Source: an uncultured archaeon
GTDB taxonomy: Archaea; Thermoplasmatota; Penumbrarchaeia; JASLWR01
Assembly: GCA_964430885.1 (NCBI GenBank)
Contig: CAYSHM010000009.1
Location: forward strand, 38,703 to 102,702
Direction of reading: 5' to 3'
DNA length: 64,000 bases
Below, piece by piece: positions 9,464-20,082 of this stretch; within the stretch, counting starts at the first letter, position 1; each line of letters opens with the position of its first letter. The position numbers and the translations under genes are program-made. The notes below the pieces were generated by a model, which saw nothing but the letters and a program-made list of their open reading frames with translations, searched no databases and was not told the DNA's origin.

Positions 9464-12400
9464 ATGCGTAATTTAATGTCATTGTTAGTTGTGAGTCTAT
9501 TTCTGTTCACGTCTTTTATGAATGTGTCGTTCACGTCGGATGTGGGCGGTTATCTGGAAAGCGAATCGGAAGAAATCACCCGTGCCGGCCCTCAGGTCCA
9601 TGAGAGTGAACATGGCGGCTGGTGGCTGCAGGATGATGACGAGGATTTTGAGGGCGGTGAGTTCGAGGATGCTGAGATCGGTGATAATGTGGTTCAGGCG
9701 GTCAGGGAAGCATTGCCATTGAGTGATTGGGAATGGGAAGGAGTTAATTTAAATTTGAATCCAGGCCCTAGAAGGGGACATGCAATGGCTTATGATATTG
9801 AAAATAAAAAAGTAGTATTATTTGGAGGTAAGTATTCAGATTCCCAGGGACAGCATTATTACCCTAATACATGGGTCTTTGATGTGGCAACCAATCAATG
9901 GAACCAAATAGGGTCTGGACCGGGAGAGCGCGAAGGCCATTCTATGGTATATGATGAATATAATAGGCGAGTACTTCTTTTTGGTGGTGTAAAATGGCAA
10001 AGTCCAAATCCAATATATTATGGTGATACCTGGTTTTATGATACAGAAAATAATACTTGGGATTTAGTATCTGATAGTGGTCTTCCTGCTAGACGTTATC
10101 ATTCAATGGCTTACGATAGGATTAATCAAAAGATAGTAGTATATGGAGGTGATGGGGAGGTTCCTAATTGTGGATTTAAAACTTGCATTTTCATGTGCAG
10201 AGATAAAACATGGTTTCAAGTACCTGAGGATGGACCGGTTTATACTACTACTGGTGATATTGCTTTTGATAATAACTTAAATAAAATAGTATTATATGGA
10301 GCCCATGATGGAACTTGGCTTTTTAACACCAATAACAATATGTGGCAGGAATTTCAAAATATAGGTTCTTTTGGAACCATGGAGCATTATTCATGTATTT
10401 ATGATGAAAAAAGTCAAAAAACTGTGATATATGGGGGTTCTAAGAACAATCAACCAGATTTAAGCTCCGAAACCTGGACATTGAATAGTAGTGGGTGGAT
10501 AAAAGGAATATCTGGTCCTGTTGGCAGAAATCAACACGATATGGTCTATGACAGCCATAATCATAAATCAATATTATTCGGCGGATACGCCCAAGATTAT
10601 CTTTCCGATACCTGGACCCTCACAACCTCCCAAATAGTCCCCGAAGCCACTTATACCTCCCCTTCCATCTCTCTCCCATTAAACCAGCAGTGGGACGAGC
10701 TCAACATCAACGCCACCGAGCCCGACAATACCAAGCTCACCGTCTCCGTAATGAACGCGGACACAGGGCTCTACATACCAGATTACCGCGACATGGAGCC
10801 AAGGGAAGTGGACCTCTCGGGGTTGGATGCGGCCAATATAAAACTCCGCTGTCACCTGGAGAGTAGTGGTGATATATCACCTGAATTGGATTCCTGGAAG
10901 GTCACCTGGAAACCTAAAGTCGTAGAACCCGTTTATCTAGGTGGAATTCCTTCGGCCTTGTATGTCACAGAAGATACACCCCAGGATAACATTCTAAACC
11001 TTTCAGAGTACTTCGGAGAAGGACGCAGGTCTAATACCAGAAGTACAGGGCTCGATTATTCATTTGCTTCCATATCAAATACCGACAATATCACTTTATT
11101 GATCGATGAAGATCATATTGACGTGATCTATCTTGAGGACAACTGGACCGGCAAGACCGATGTAGTTGTTGAATGCGAGAATACTGAAGGTACAACTGTG
11201 CAGTCTCCCCGATTCAGCATTATTGTCCAGGGTGTGAACGATCCCCCAGCGTGGCGCTTGCCTCTTCCTCCTATAATCATGGACGAGGGTTTCCAGTTCA
11301 AATCCGCTTTCAAAGTCGATGATTACATTCTTGACGCTGAAGAAGACATGATGGATATAACAGCCAGCTGTGACAATCCCGATGTATCCGTAGTGGTGGA
11401 CCCTGAAACTCGTATCATTATAACTCCCAAAGAGGATTTCTACGGTTTGGCAAATGTTACAGTCGCAGTCAAGGAGACCTATGACCCTTCTAATAAAATA
11501 CAACAATCGGTTTCCCTAATAGTCAATTCAGTTAACGATGATCCGGTAATAGAGTTACTCACTCCGGGTGATAACGCAGTGTTCAATGATGTCAATGTTA
11601 CCCTAAGCTGGATGGGGTCGGATATTGAAACCCCCATTGATCAGCTGACCTATGATGTATTTTTGGGAAATGATTTAGATCCGGCCATACACTCTAGGGG
11701 AATAAAAAATACTTCGATTCTGCTGAGCAGCCTATCAGATAAAAGTACATACAGATGGAAGGTTGCAGTATGGGATACCCAGGGGAAAATGGTTTCTTCG
11801 CCGGTCAGGACCTTCAGGATAGACACGGATTCTGACCCACTGCCGGGCAGTTCAGGAGAAGGTTTGAAGTTCACTGTGGAAGTAACCGGTGAAGAAGTAT
11901 CGGTAGCTCAGGGTAATACTACCTCATTCAATGTGAAGGTTACCAATGATGATTCAATGGATTTAACCCTGGGAGTTCTGGCGGCTGGCATGACTGCACC
12001 CTATGTAGATGTGGATAATATTCTGACCCTGGAAAAAGAAAAGAGCAAGGATCTGACTGTTTTGATCAGCCCAGGTTATAGTGTAAAGCCTGGAGACTAC
12101 GATCTGGTGCTTCTATTCATATCACCCGATGGAGTTAAATGCGTCACTATTCCCATCGATATATTGAAGGGTACGGATCCATCTGATACAACTGGTAATG
12201 ACGATGAGGAAGATGATGATTCCGAACCCAAAGATCAGAATACCGAGGAACCTGCAACAAAGACATCTTCATCTGTGAATGATACGCTGTTCTACATGAT
12301 AATAGCAGTTCTTGTACTCGTACTGATACTTCTGGCAATAGGCTTCCTGATCACCTACCGGAAGACCGAGCAGCTGCAGACCGAAATTGATCAGAAACGG

Positions 12401-12778
12401 GAACAATCTCCAGAAACACAAAAGGAATCGCCCCCTGAGGTGGTAGAAACCGAGATGTACTATCCTGAGAACAATAAGGCATTTACCCCTCAGCCCCGAA
12501 TGGATCAATCCGGAGCTGACTATAATATGCCGGGATCCTTTCCTCCAGGTGACTACCCGCCTGTAAACCAGCATATTGATGTTCAGCTCCCAGGTCTTCC
12601 TCCTGAAAGGGAATCACTTCCTGAAATGACTCAAGCATCGTCTAAGGAAGTCGTTCAGACTCAGCCTCCGACGCCAGCCGGTCCCGAGGTTCAGCTGCCT
12701 CAATCGGTCCAAACCCCAATTCCTTCGGAGGATATGAAGATGCTTCCCCAGAAGGTAACTCCGCCGCCGCCACCCTGA
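9464..12778 (+). CDS. Surface protein: Kelch beta-propeller, cadherin-like (VNDxP) repeats, Ig/FN3-like domains, TM, Pro-rich tail
   Basis: Signal peptide; about six R..H.M.YD....LFGG...DTW repeats; VNDPP/VNDDP; C-terminal TM. SD GAGGTG before ATG 9464. Confidence 0.85.
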   Translation: MRNLMSLLVVSLFLFTSFMNVSFTSDVGGYLESESEEITRAGPQVHESEHGGWWLQDDDEDFEGGEFEDAEIGDNVVQAVREALPLSDWEWEGVNLNLNPGPRRGHAMAYDIENKKVVLFGGKYSDSQGQHYYPNTWVFDVATNQWNQIGSGPGEREGHSMVYDEYNRRVLLFGGVKWQSPNPIYYGDTWFYDTENNTWDLVSDSGLPARRYHSMAYDRINQKIVVYGGDGEVPNCGFKTCIFMCRDKTWFQVPEDGPVYTTTGDIAFDNNLNKIVLYGAHDGTWLFNTNNNMWQEFQNIGSFGTMEHYSCIYDEKSQKTVIYGGSKNNQPDLSSETWTLNSSGWIKGISGPVGRNQHDMVYDSHNHKSILFGGYAQDYLSDTWTLTTSQIVPEATYTSPSISLPLNQQWDELNINATEPDNTKLTVSVMNADTGLYIPDYRDMEPREVDLSGLDAANIKLRCHLESSGDISPELDSWKVTWKPKVVEPVYLGGIPSALYVTEDTPQDNILNLSEYFGEGRRSNTRSTGLDYSFASISNTDNITLLIDEDHIDVIYLEDNWTGKTDVVVECENTEGTTVQSPRFSIIVQGVNDPPAWRLPLPPIIMDEGFQFKSAFKVDDYILDAEEDMMDITASCDNPDVSVVVDPETRIIITPKEDFYGLANVTVAVKETYDPSNKIQQSVSLIVNSVNDDPVIELLTPGDNAVFNDVNVTLSWMGSDIETPIDQLTYDVFLGNDLDPAIHSRGIKNTSILLSSLSDKSTYRWKVAVWDTQGKMVSSPVRTFRIDTDSDPLPGSSGEGLKFTVEVTGEEVSVAQGNTTSFNVKVTNDDSMDLTLGVLAAGMTAPYVDVDNILTLEKEKSKDLTVLISPGYSVKPGDYDLVLLFISPDGVKCVTIPIDILKGTDPSDTTGNDDEEDDDSEPKDQNTEEPATKTSSSVNDTLFYMIIAVLVLVLILLAIGFLITYRKTEQLQTEIDQKREQSPETQKESPPEVVETEMYYPENNKAFTPQPRMDQSGADYNMPGSFPPGDYPPVNQHIDVQLPGLPPERESLPEMTQASSKEVVQTQPPTPAGPEVQLPQSVQTPIPSEDMKMLPQKVTPPPPP

Positions 12779-12848
12779 TGTAGTATATACTGCATTATTT
12801 AATAGCAAACAGTAATAAATAATCAAATCCCGTATCCTAGTCGATACA

Positions 12849-14381
12849 ATGACCAACAAATACGATATTGCGGTGATCGGCGGAGGCATGGGCGGACTTA
12901 CAGCTGCTGCATTCCTGGCCAAGCACGGGAAGAAGGTTGTAGTTCTGGAAAAGCACAGGGTCCCCGGCGGATACTGTACCGATTACCGGCGGGGGCGGTA
13001 CAAGATAGACAGTGCGGTCCATTACCTGGGTGACCCGAAGGAATTCTCCTGGATTCTGAGATCCCTGGGGGTTGAAAAAAAGGTAAAAATGGCCCCAATG
13101 GACCCGGACGGTTTCGATGTTTATAAATTTCCCGATTTAGAGTTCAGGGTTCCCGCTTCCATAGACGGTTTCTGCGATAGATTAATGGAGTATTTTCCCA
13201 AAGAAAAAAAGGCCATAAAGAAGCACAGGAAGATACTTAAGAAGTTCAAGTCAATGTCCTCTGACATGCAGAAGAACCGAACCGCATTTTTCCTGAAATT
13301 CCCATTCAAGTACACTGCATTGCTACCATATCTGAAAAAGAGTCTTGGTCATTATCTTGATAAGTTGACTTCGGATAAAAAATTTAAAGCAGTCCTGTCG
13401 GCCCAATGGGGTATTCACGGGACGCCGTCTCACGATCTGCCTTTATTCATGGCAATAGGGGGTTTTGTTCACTATATGGACGGTGCATGGTATCCCAGCG
13501 GGGGGACGGGTACCCTCAGCAGGGCCATAACCGAGGGTCTGAAGAAGCATAAGGGTGAGCTGAAGCTGAAATGGGAAGTTGAAAAGATCACCGGCTCGCC
13601 GGGGAAAGGATATGTTGTCAAGGGATGCACCGGAGAGAAAATAGGTGCTGATAAGATCATCATGGCAATGGATCTGTGGAAGGGTGCTGATGATGTGCTG
13701 GAACATGGTATTTTGAAGAAAAAGACCATTGACAGGATCTCACGAGTCCTGCCTTCCGACCCCATGATACATCTGCATGTTGGCTTGAAAGAAATCCCTG
13801 AAGAATGGAAGTGGAAGAGCTGCAATATCTGGCTCCACAGGGAATACGATTTCAGAAAGCTCTACCGGAACATGGAGAATAGTATGATTCCCAAGAATTT
13901 CAGCGCCTTCTGTTCCCTGGGCTATATGAAGGATCCTGATTCTTCCAAGGACGGGAAATACGGTCCTGTACTCAGTATACTGACACCCTCCCATAGAAAA
14001 CATTTCAGGAAGTTCATGAATATGGACCTGAGGACCAACGGCAAGAGAACCAAGGAATATCTGAAAGTGAAGGAAAAATGCCGGGATATATTAATGGAGG
14101 GAGCGGAGGAACTTTTCCCAGGTATTCAAAGTGCCGCGGATTATATTGAGATTGCTACACCATTTACACAGTACCGATATACATATTCCAATATGGGCGG
14201 GAGTTACGCTTACGCCCGGAACATGGCCAATTGGTATCTCGGAAGGCCACCTTGGTACAACCCGGCCAAAAATCTCTGGTGGACCGGTGCCAATGGTGGT
14301 TTCCACGGGGTGATAGGTTCAATGCGCACAGGAATGGATACTGCAGGTATGATACTTGGGAAGAATGTAAGAAAGTTGTAG
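12849..14381 (+). CDS. FAD-dependent oxidoreductase, phytoene desaturase/retinol saturase family
   Basis: YDIAVIGGGMGGL, LEKH..PGG, YPSGG, ATP.T..RYT....G..Y. Confidence 0.85.
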   Translation: MTNKYDIAVIGGGMGGLTAAAFLAKHGKKVVVLEKHRVPGGYCTDYRRGRYKIDSAVHYLGDPKEFSWILRSLGVEKKVKMAPMDPDGFDVYKFPDLEFRVPASIDGFCDRLMEYFPKEKKAIKKHRKILKKFKSMSSDMQKNRTAFFLKFPFKYTALLPYLKKSLGHYLDKLTSDKKFKAVLSAQWGIHGTPSHDLPLFMAIGGFVHYMDGAWYPSGGTGTLSRAITEGLKKHKGELKLKWEVEKITGSPGKGYVVKGCTGEKIGADKIIMAMDLWKGADDVLEHGILKKKTIDRISRVLPSDPMIHLHVGLKEIPEEWKWKSCNIWLHREYDFRKLYRNMENSMIPKNFSAFCSLGYMKDPDSSKDGKYGPVLSILTPSHRKHFRKFMNMDLRTNGKRTKEYLKVKEKCRDILMEGAEELFPGIQSAADYIEIATPFTQYRYTYSNMGGSYAYARNMANWYLGRPPWYNPAKNLWWTGANGGFHGVIGSMRTGMDTAGMILGKNVRKL

Positions 14382-14512
14382 GTGTATCTTGTTTGACCAT
14401 TTTCAGCCATCATCAATTAATACACTTCACACAATTATTATTCAAGAATACATAAATATTAGAATTTATTCCAAATGATAGTATTTTTCATCCTAAAAAA
14501 TCATATGGTGAT

Positions 14513-15337
14513 TTGATGCAGGTGATGGGTCTTGTAACACTGATAATCTTCTTGATATTGGTCGCTTTGGTTTATATAATCCGGGGGTTTGCCAGGTCCT
14601 ATGGATTTAAGAAGGAGCACCTCCCGACAATGAATACTCAGAAATGCTATGTTCATAATAACTCACCATCGGTTGATAGCTGTGCCTGGTGTGGAAATTA
14701 CTACTGTTCAGACTGCTCCACCATGATAAATGAAAAATGGAACACCTCCCGATCTTCCACCAGCGGGAAAGTTAGAACAACCACTACAACCACCTATACT
14801 CAGGGAAAAGTAATTTGCAGTCTTTGCGATCTATGGTTCAAGGAACCAAAGAAGAAGTTAGGTCCTAATGGGCATTCTGTATCTGGAGGGAAGCCGCCTG
14901 GTGACCAGCGGGCAGTTTTGAATAAAGCCAATCTTTCCGAAGAGGGAGAAAAGAACTTATTTGAGTTAAGGGATATCTCACTCCATTACTGGTGGTTCAA
15001 TGATCCCCGTGGCATGAGAATTCCCAAGAATTTCACGGTTGTGGCTATTGTAATTACTGTCATTCTAGGAGCAATTAATTATTTTGAGGGTGGATTTGAC
15101 CAGTTAACTCTTGTTTATCAGGATCCCCGTCTTATGTGGCCTACACTTATTTTCCAGGCAGCCCTTGTATTGTGGACAGGGTTAGTTTTCATCCATTATA
15201 TGAAAAAGATATCTTTAATGAGAAAAAGGTGGAATGCTGTAAGGATTTTTATGGGCCAGGACCAGATTGAGTTTAAGCCCATGTTCCTTTTCAATGAGCC
15301 AAATCCCAATGAGACGGTGGATAAGAAGGTAGATTAA
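14513..15337 (+). CDS. Hypothetical membrane protein with B-box-like zinc finger
   Basis: Three hydrophobic segments; CxxH-x8-CxxC-x4-CxxC...CxxC. Confidence 0.65.
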   Translation: MMQVMGLVTLIIFLILVALVYIIRGFARSYGFKKEHLPTMNTQKCYVHNNSPSVDSCAWCGNYYCSDCSTMINEKWNTSRSSTSGKVRTTTTTTYTQGKVICSLCDLWFKEPKKKLGPNGHSVSGGKPPGDQRAVLNKANLSEEGEKNLFELRDISLHYWWFNDPRGMRIPKNFTVVAIVITVILGAINYFEGGFDQLTLVYQDPRLMWPTLIFQAALVLWTGLVFIHYMKKISLMRKRWNAVRIFMGQDQIEFKPMFLFNEPNPNETVDKKVD

Positions 15338-15504
15338 TAAAAGGAAAAAATGATGAGTTGGAATCCTCAACCAGAGTATATTTAAGTTGAGGAAGATTCA
15401 GATTATGCCAATAACTTATTACCATCAAAAAGGCTCTGGAAGGAGCACTAGGTTTACCATTACTAGGAGCAGAAAGTAAGAATGAAGAAGATCTAAATTC
15501 AGAC

Positions 15505-18500
15505 CTACTTCATTCTCCTTATAAACTCCTCTGTGCTAAGGTTTCCTTCAAGATACTTCTTTCTTAGGTCGTTGATGTCACCTACAATATCTGAAGACAT
15601 CTCCGTATCAAGGGACTGCAGAGTATATCCGACCCCGTAAACCGTCAGTTCCTTGTTGGTTTTGCTGTAGAGATGTTTCTTGGCCTTGGACTTGAACACC
15701 AGAACCAGTATGAACAAGATTACACATAGAACGGCAAAGACGATCAGGATCGTCATCTTATCCTCTTCGAGTATGTCCGACACCGATGTGATCTCCACTT
15801 TCTCAGACCCTGCCTTGATTGTTTCCTGACTGGACCACATATCCTTTGTAGCAAAGGTATAATTGTAGTCACCGGATTTCAGGTCTTTGACCACGACCTC
15901 ATAATATCTTCCGTCATAGAGGCTGGGAAGGACAAAATCGATATTGTCACCGTAATATTCTTCATTTGTCTTCTCAAGGGCGGTCATCTCGAATTCCTTT
16001 CCGCCGATCCTGAGCTTCACATATTCAGGTTCGTCCTTGTCACCGTCTGCAACATAAATCCTGAACACGTCTCCGCGATTGGGATTGTATTCATACTCGG
16101 GATATACCTTGTCATTGTAAGCGTCGGGATTGGTATCAGCTTTCACACCCTCCTTGGTCCTTTCCTTGAAGTAGGCGGGATTGTTCTGAGATACGTATAA
16201 TGTGTTACCATCCTTGAACCTACCTGTAGCGAGTTCCAGCTGAATACTGTTGTAGTTGGATTTCCAGGAGTCATCGCATCTCAGGTCCTGGCCTTTTCCT
16301 ATACATAATGTATACCAATCGAAGGGCAGATCGCTGAACATGAAATATCCTGAATCGTCAGTTGTTGTGGATTCACGGAAAATTGGTTCACTTCTGCTCA
16401 CAATTACCAAATTGGGAACACCTAGATAAAGATCCACAACGAGATTATTTAGAGAACTAGTGCCACTCACAGTTCCGGATATCCTTCCTTTGGTGGGTTC
16501 CTCGCCCACTATAATGTCAAATTGCTTTGTTACGGTTGTATATCCAGAATATGTTGCTGTGAATACTATAATTGTGATCTGGTCATTGGTGGGCTGGACG
16601 GTTATCTCGACTCTTCCATTTCCATCAGTAGCGTAGCTTCCGTAGGTGCCGGTAGACACAGTTATGGTAACGCCGGAAAGTTTCTCGGATGTCTCGTTGT
16701 CCGTCACGGTCACTATCACTCTGTTCTCCTGATGCATATATATCTCATCACCACCGTCAATCTCCATCTCCAGGATTCCAGGGTACATATCTATTGTCAT
16801 GAAAGTGTAGGCCTTGTTGATGTTGAAGGTCTTTATGACCCCCTTGTAGTCGCCGTGGGTTACCGTCAGGGTATAGGAGCCGTAATTAAGCTGCTGTTCA
16901 AGCAGATACCATCCATTCCCTGAATCGTAATATATATAATAATTGGTATTCTGTTCAAGGTTGTATTTCAACTGGACCGTTGCGTCGGAAACACTGTTGT
17001 TAGTTCCGCCTTCTATGAGCAATAGTTTGAATCCAGGTTTAGTCATGCTGACGTTTATAATCAGATCTGCATCACTTACGGTTACTCGCACCTCGTAAGG
17101 CAAGTAGGTTCCGTAGGGATTGCCAACTTCCCAGTTGATGTGGGTTATGTTCAATATGTAGTCACCGTTCTCAATGTTATAGAATCTCCAATAATAACCA
17201 TAAGCTCCAGTGTAGAACTCATAATAGTTATCATACAGCTGGGTTGCACTATCCACAAGGGCGTTTGAAAGAGCGGTTGTGTCCTCGGGATCTATTGACA
17301 GTTTGTTCAGTGAGTAAAGTTTTACATAGAACTGACCGCTGGATGTGAATGGATTGCCGGTAGCATTGTCATACATCAGGACTATGAACCTTTTATTTGT
17401 CAAGGTAAGGTTCTTCCAGACCCACTGGTCGGCATATATCCTCACACCAATTGACATTGTAGCATAATCCTGGTGAGTAATGATAAGAGTATAATTACCA
17501 ATGAGGATAGGGCTGAGTCCATATGTGTAATAACCGTTCCAATTCCCTAGAGTAATTGATTGGTTATCCATGTTCTGTCTTATCAGCGTAAGTGTGGCGC
17601 TTTCGGTTATGGTGTTATTGTCCTCGTCCTTAAGTGCAACTAGAATTCCTCCGGTTTTTCTATTAATATAACCGTGAACCTGGCTTGCCTGACTTTCCTG
17701 AATTATCGCCTGGGTTGAGAATGGAATATAATCCTCAAGGGAGAATCGAACAGTATACATTCCGGTTGGAATATTTGCAAATTCATAATATCCATCGTTA
17801 TTGGATCTTGTACTGAGGCCAGTCCCTACTATGTCAACATTAGCATTTCTTACTATATGGGATTGGTCATCGTATACATATCCGTTCAGTGATCCGTAGG
17901 TGGGTGTCAACATTATATCCAGATCCTTATTCTGCCCCTCTTCCATTGTGATCATGGTCGAGAAGGGCGCATATCCGTTGTGATTCACCTGGATCCAGAT
18001 AGTTTGTTTTGGCATTCCGCTGGTCATATAGTCTCCGGAATCATCCGATAGGAAAGCTCCCCACTGCTCAGTCTGTCCCTCGTTCCAAATCTGTATCGGG
18101 ACATTGGAAATCGGGTTGCTTGTGAAGTTATTCAGAACAGTACCGCCTATTGTACCAGCCACCAGAAAAGTAGTGGTATCCTGGGGGAGGAATTCTATCC
18201 TCAGGTAATAGGGATGGGCCATATCGTAACCCAATCCGCTTTCGACCATAATGATATATTCACCGGGGATACCTCCAGGTATGGTGAACATCTCTTGCCC
18301 TGTTGAACCATAGTTGTATTTATCTCCGCACTTGTAATAGGTGCTGTCAGGACCGTAGACCTCATAATGGTAGTATATGCCTTGGACGAAATTTGGTGTT
18401 GTTACATATATGTCAAGCGTTCCAACATAGCTGTCATCGAAGGAGAATGTATAGTAGTCCCTATCGCCCTGATGTTCAATTGTTCCATACATCTCACCAA

Positions 18501-20082
18501 GGTGATATGCCCTGCCGTCACCCGGCTCCAGCATGGTGATGTTCTCGGAAAGGTCTGGCTCGTTATTGTCTCCAATTCCTGCATGCTCCTCTTCAGTGGG
18601 CAGATTGTTTCCCGGAGTAAAACTGAAATGAAGTCTGTATGCTTCCGCTCTTATCACCGGATTTCCCACTCCAACTCCCATCACCCGTATGTAATATAGG
18701 GCAGGTCTTACCGCTAGAAGAGTTTCGGTATATTCACCGGCGGTTCCCTGATTGGATACGTTGAGGAAATCACTGGCAGGTCTGTCTGTTCGGAATATGG
18801 TATACCAGTAAGTAGGATTTACCGCAAGTGTATTTGGAGTGTCAAAGAAGAATTCAAGTTCACCTAGAACCGCACCGGGAAGACTGATATTGTACCAGTC
18901 CTGGTCAGTTTCGCTGTCCAAAGTACCCTTTGCAGTTCCATTATATACCCCGCCGCCGACATTTGATAATTGAACGGTAGTAGCGCTGTCCATAAGATCA
19001 TTCTGCTCAACTGGTTCCTCAAGTTCCGATTCAAGCTGAACGTTTGGATCGGCATACATTTCCGGTGTGAAATTGAGATAGATCCTGTAAGGTTCGAAAG
19101 CAGAGTAGCTGGTTAAGGTCTCATCGAAAACCTCCATTAGGTAATTACCTGGGGGAAGCATGCTACCGCTGATAAGTGTGGCTCCTGCAGCACCGCTGTC
19201 CTCTCCGGACAGCATTATGTCCTCGGCATTTGTCCCGGAGGGCTGAGGTCCGTATAATTTTAAATCATATGTATGACCATTATGAGTTCCCGTTATGTCC
19301 TTGTAGAATGTTTCGAACTGTATATTCACCCGTCCACCAGTAGGTGCTGATAGGTTGATGAGGTACCAGTCGTGATCTGTATCTGAACGAACGGTTCCAA
19401 AGAACTCCACCTCTTTAAGCTCAGTTCCAGTAAGGTTCATCGGAGTAGCGTCAATGGCTTCGTCATTGGGTTGGTTCTTGTCTAGTATTTCAGATTCCAC
19501 CAGCATGTCTCCGTCGGCTGTAAAAGTGAAATTGAATTGGTAATCGTCAGGAGTCACTACGGTAGTGCCCTGGGTCACCTTCACCCGAACATAGTAGAAT
19601 CCAGGTCCTGCTGCCCAGCAAGTTTTCATGGTTGCGAGATTGTTGTTCTGCCCCTGGTCGCTACCGTATACATACTGTTTGGATGCGGTATCGTCATTTG
19701 CTTCATAGACCGTGAATTCATAGTCTGGATTAACCGAGACGTTGAATGGTGCTGTAAGACTCACGTTGATGATGCCTGGATCACTGCCTCCTACAGTTAT
19801 CTTGAACCAGTCCACATCCGCTTCTGCAGATAGGCTTCCGTTCACCAGTAAGGGATCCCCGGGAGTTCCAGCATTGAATTCATCAGCAGTTCCACTGAGG
19901 TCGTTCCCTTCACTTTCCACCTCCTGCCCTCTTACGCCAAGTCTTTTAACTGTATCTGTAAGTTTCAACTTCTTCATTTCACTGCTGCTGCTAGTCAGGT
20001 TGATCACTGCAGAGAATCCCGAAAAAAGCATCAAGAATATAACTGCTACTGAAAATAACCTTATTGTGTTGTTTCCCTTCAT
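15505..20082 (-). CDS. Surface protein: 4 PPC-like domains, carboxypeptidase-regulatory-like Ig repeats, TM, SHOCT-like tail
   Basis: Four E.E..N....A...G.+....D.D[WY][FY] modules; G.+.G.V...+.NA.V repeats; tail DLRKKYLEGNLSTEEF. Confidence 0.8.
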   Translation of the reverse strand: MKGNNTIRLFSVAVIFLMLFSGFSAVINLTSSSSEMKKLKLTDTVKRLGVRGQEVESEGNDLSGTADEFNAGTPGDPLLVNGSLSAEADVDWFKITVGGSDPGIINVSLTAPFNVSVNPDYEFTVYEANDDTASKQYVYGSDQGQNNNLATMKTCWAAGPGFYYVRVKVTQGTTVVTPDDYQFNFTFTADGDMLVESEILDKNQPNDEAIDATPMNLTGTELKEVEFFGTVRSDTDHDWYLINLSAPTGGRVNIQFETFYKDITGTHNGHTYDLKLYGPQPSGTNAEDIMLSGEDSGAAGATLISGSMLPPGNYLMEVFDETLTSYSAFEPYRIYLNFTPEMYADPNVQLESELEEPVEQNDLMDSATTVQLSNVGGGVYNGTAKGTLDSETDQDWYNISLPGAVLGELEFFFDTPNTLAVNPTYWYTIFRTDRPASDFLNVSNQGTAGEYTETLLAVRPALYYIRVMGVGVGNPVIRAEAYRLHFSFTPGNNLPTEEEHAGIGDNNEPDLSENITMLEPGDGRAYHLGEMYGTIEHQGDRDYYTFSFDDSYVGTLDIYVTTPNFVQGIYYHYEVYGPDSTYYKCGDKYNYGSTGQEMFTIPGGIPGEYIIMVESGLGYDMAHPYYLRIEFLPQDTTTFLVAGTIGGTVLNNFTSNPISNVPIQIWNEGQTEQWGAFLSDDSGDYMTSGMPKQTIWIQVNHNGYAPFSTMITMEEGQNKDLDIMLTPTYGSLNGYVYDDQSHIVRNANVDIVGTGLSTRSNNDGYYEFANIPTGMYTVRFSLEDYIPFSTQAIIQESQASQVHGYINRKTGGILVALKDEDNNTITESATLTLIRQNMDNQSITLGNWNGYYTYGLSPILIGNYTLIITHQDYATMSIGVRIYADQWVWKNLTLTNKRFIVLMYDNATGNPFTSSGQFYVKLYSLNKLSIDPEDTTALSNALVDSATQLYDNYYEFYTGAYGYYWRFYNIENGDYILNITHINWEVGNPYGTYLPYEVRVTVSDADLIINVSMTKPGFKLLLIEGGTNNSVSDATVQLKYNLEQNTNYYIYYDSGNGWYLLEQQLNYGSYTLTVTHGDYKGVIKTFNINKAYTFMTIDMYPGILEMEIDGGDEIYMHQENRVIVTVTDNETSEKLSGVTITVSTGTYGSYATDGNGRVEITVQPTNDQITIIVFTATYSGYTTVTKQFDIIVGEEPTKGRISGTVSGTSSLNNLVVDLYLGVPNLVIVSRSEPIFRESTTTDDSGYFMFSDLPFDWYTLCIGKGQDLRCDDSWKSNYNSIQLELATGRFKDGNTLYVSQNNPAYFKERTKEGVKADTNPDAYNDKVYPEYEYNPNRGDVFRIYVADGDKDEPEYVKLRIGGKEFEMTALEKTNEEYYGDNIDFVLPSLYDGRYYEVVVKDLKSGDYNYTFATKDMWSSQETIKAGSEKVEITSVSDILEEDKMTILIVFAVLCVILFILVLVFKSKAKKHLYSKTNKELTVYGVGYTLQSLDTEMSSDIVGDINDLRKKYLEGNLSTEEFIRRMK

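Noticed and set aside
9730-10610. DGR target region
   Set aside because: No template/variable repeat pair or reverse transcriptase in the window.
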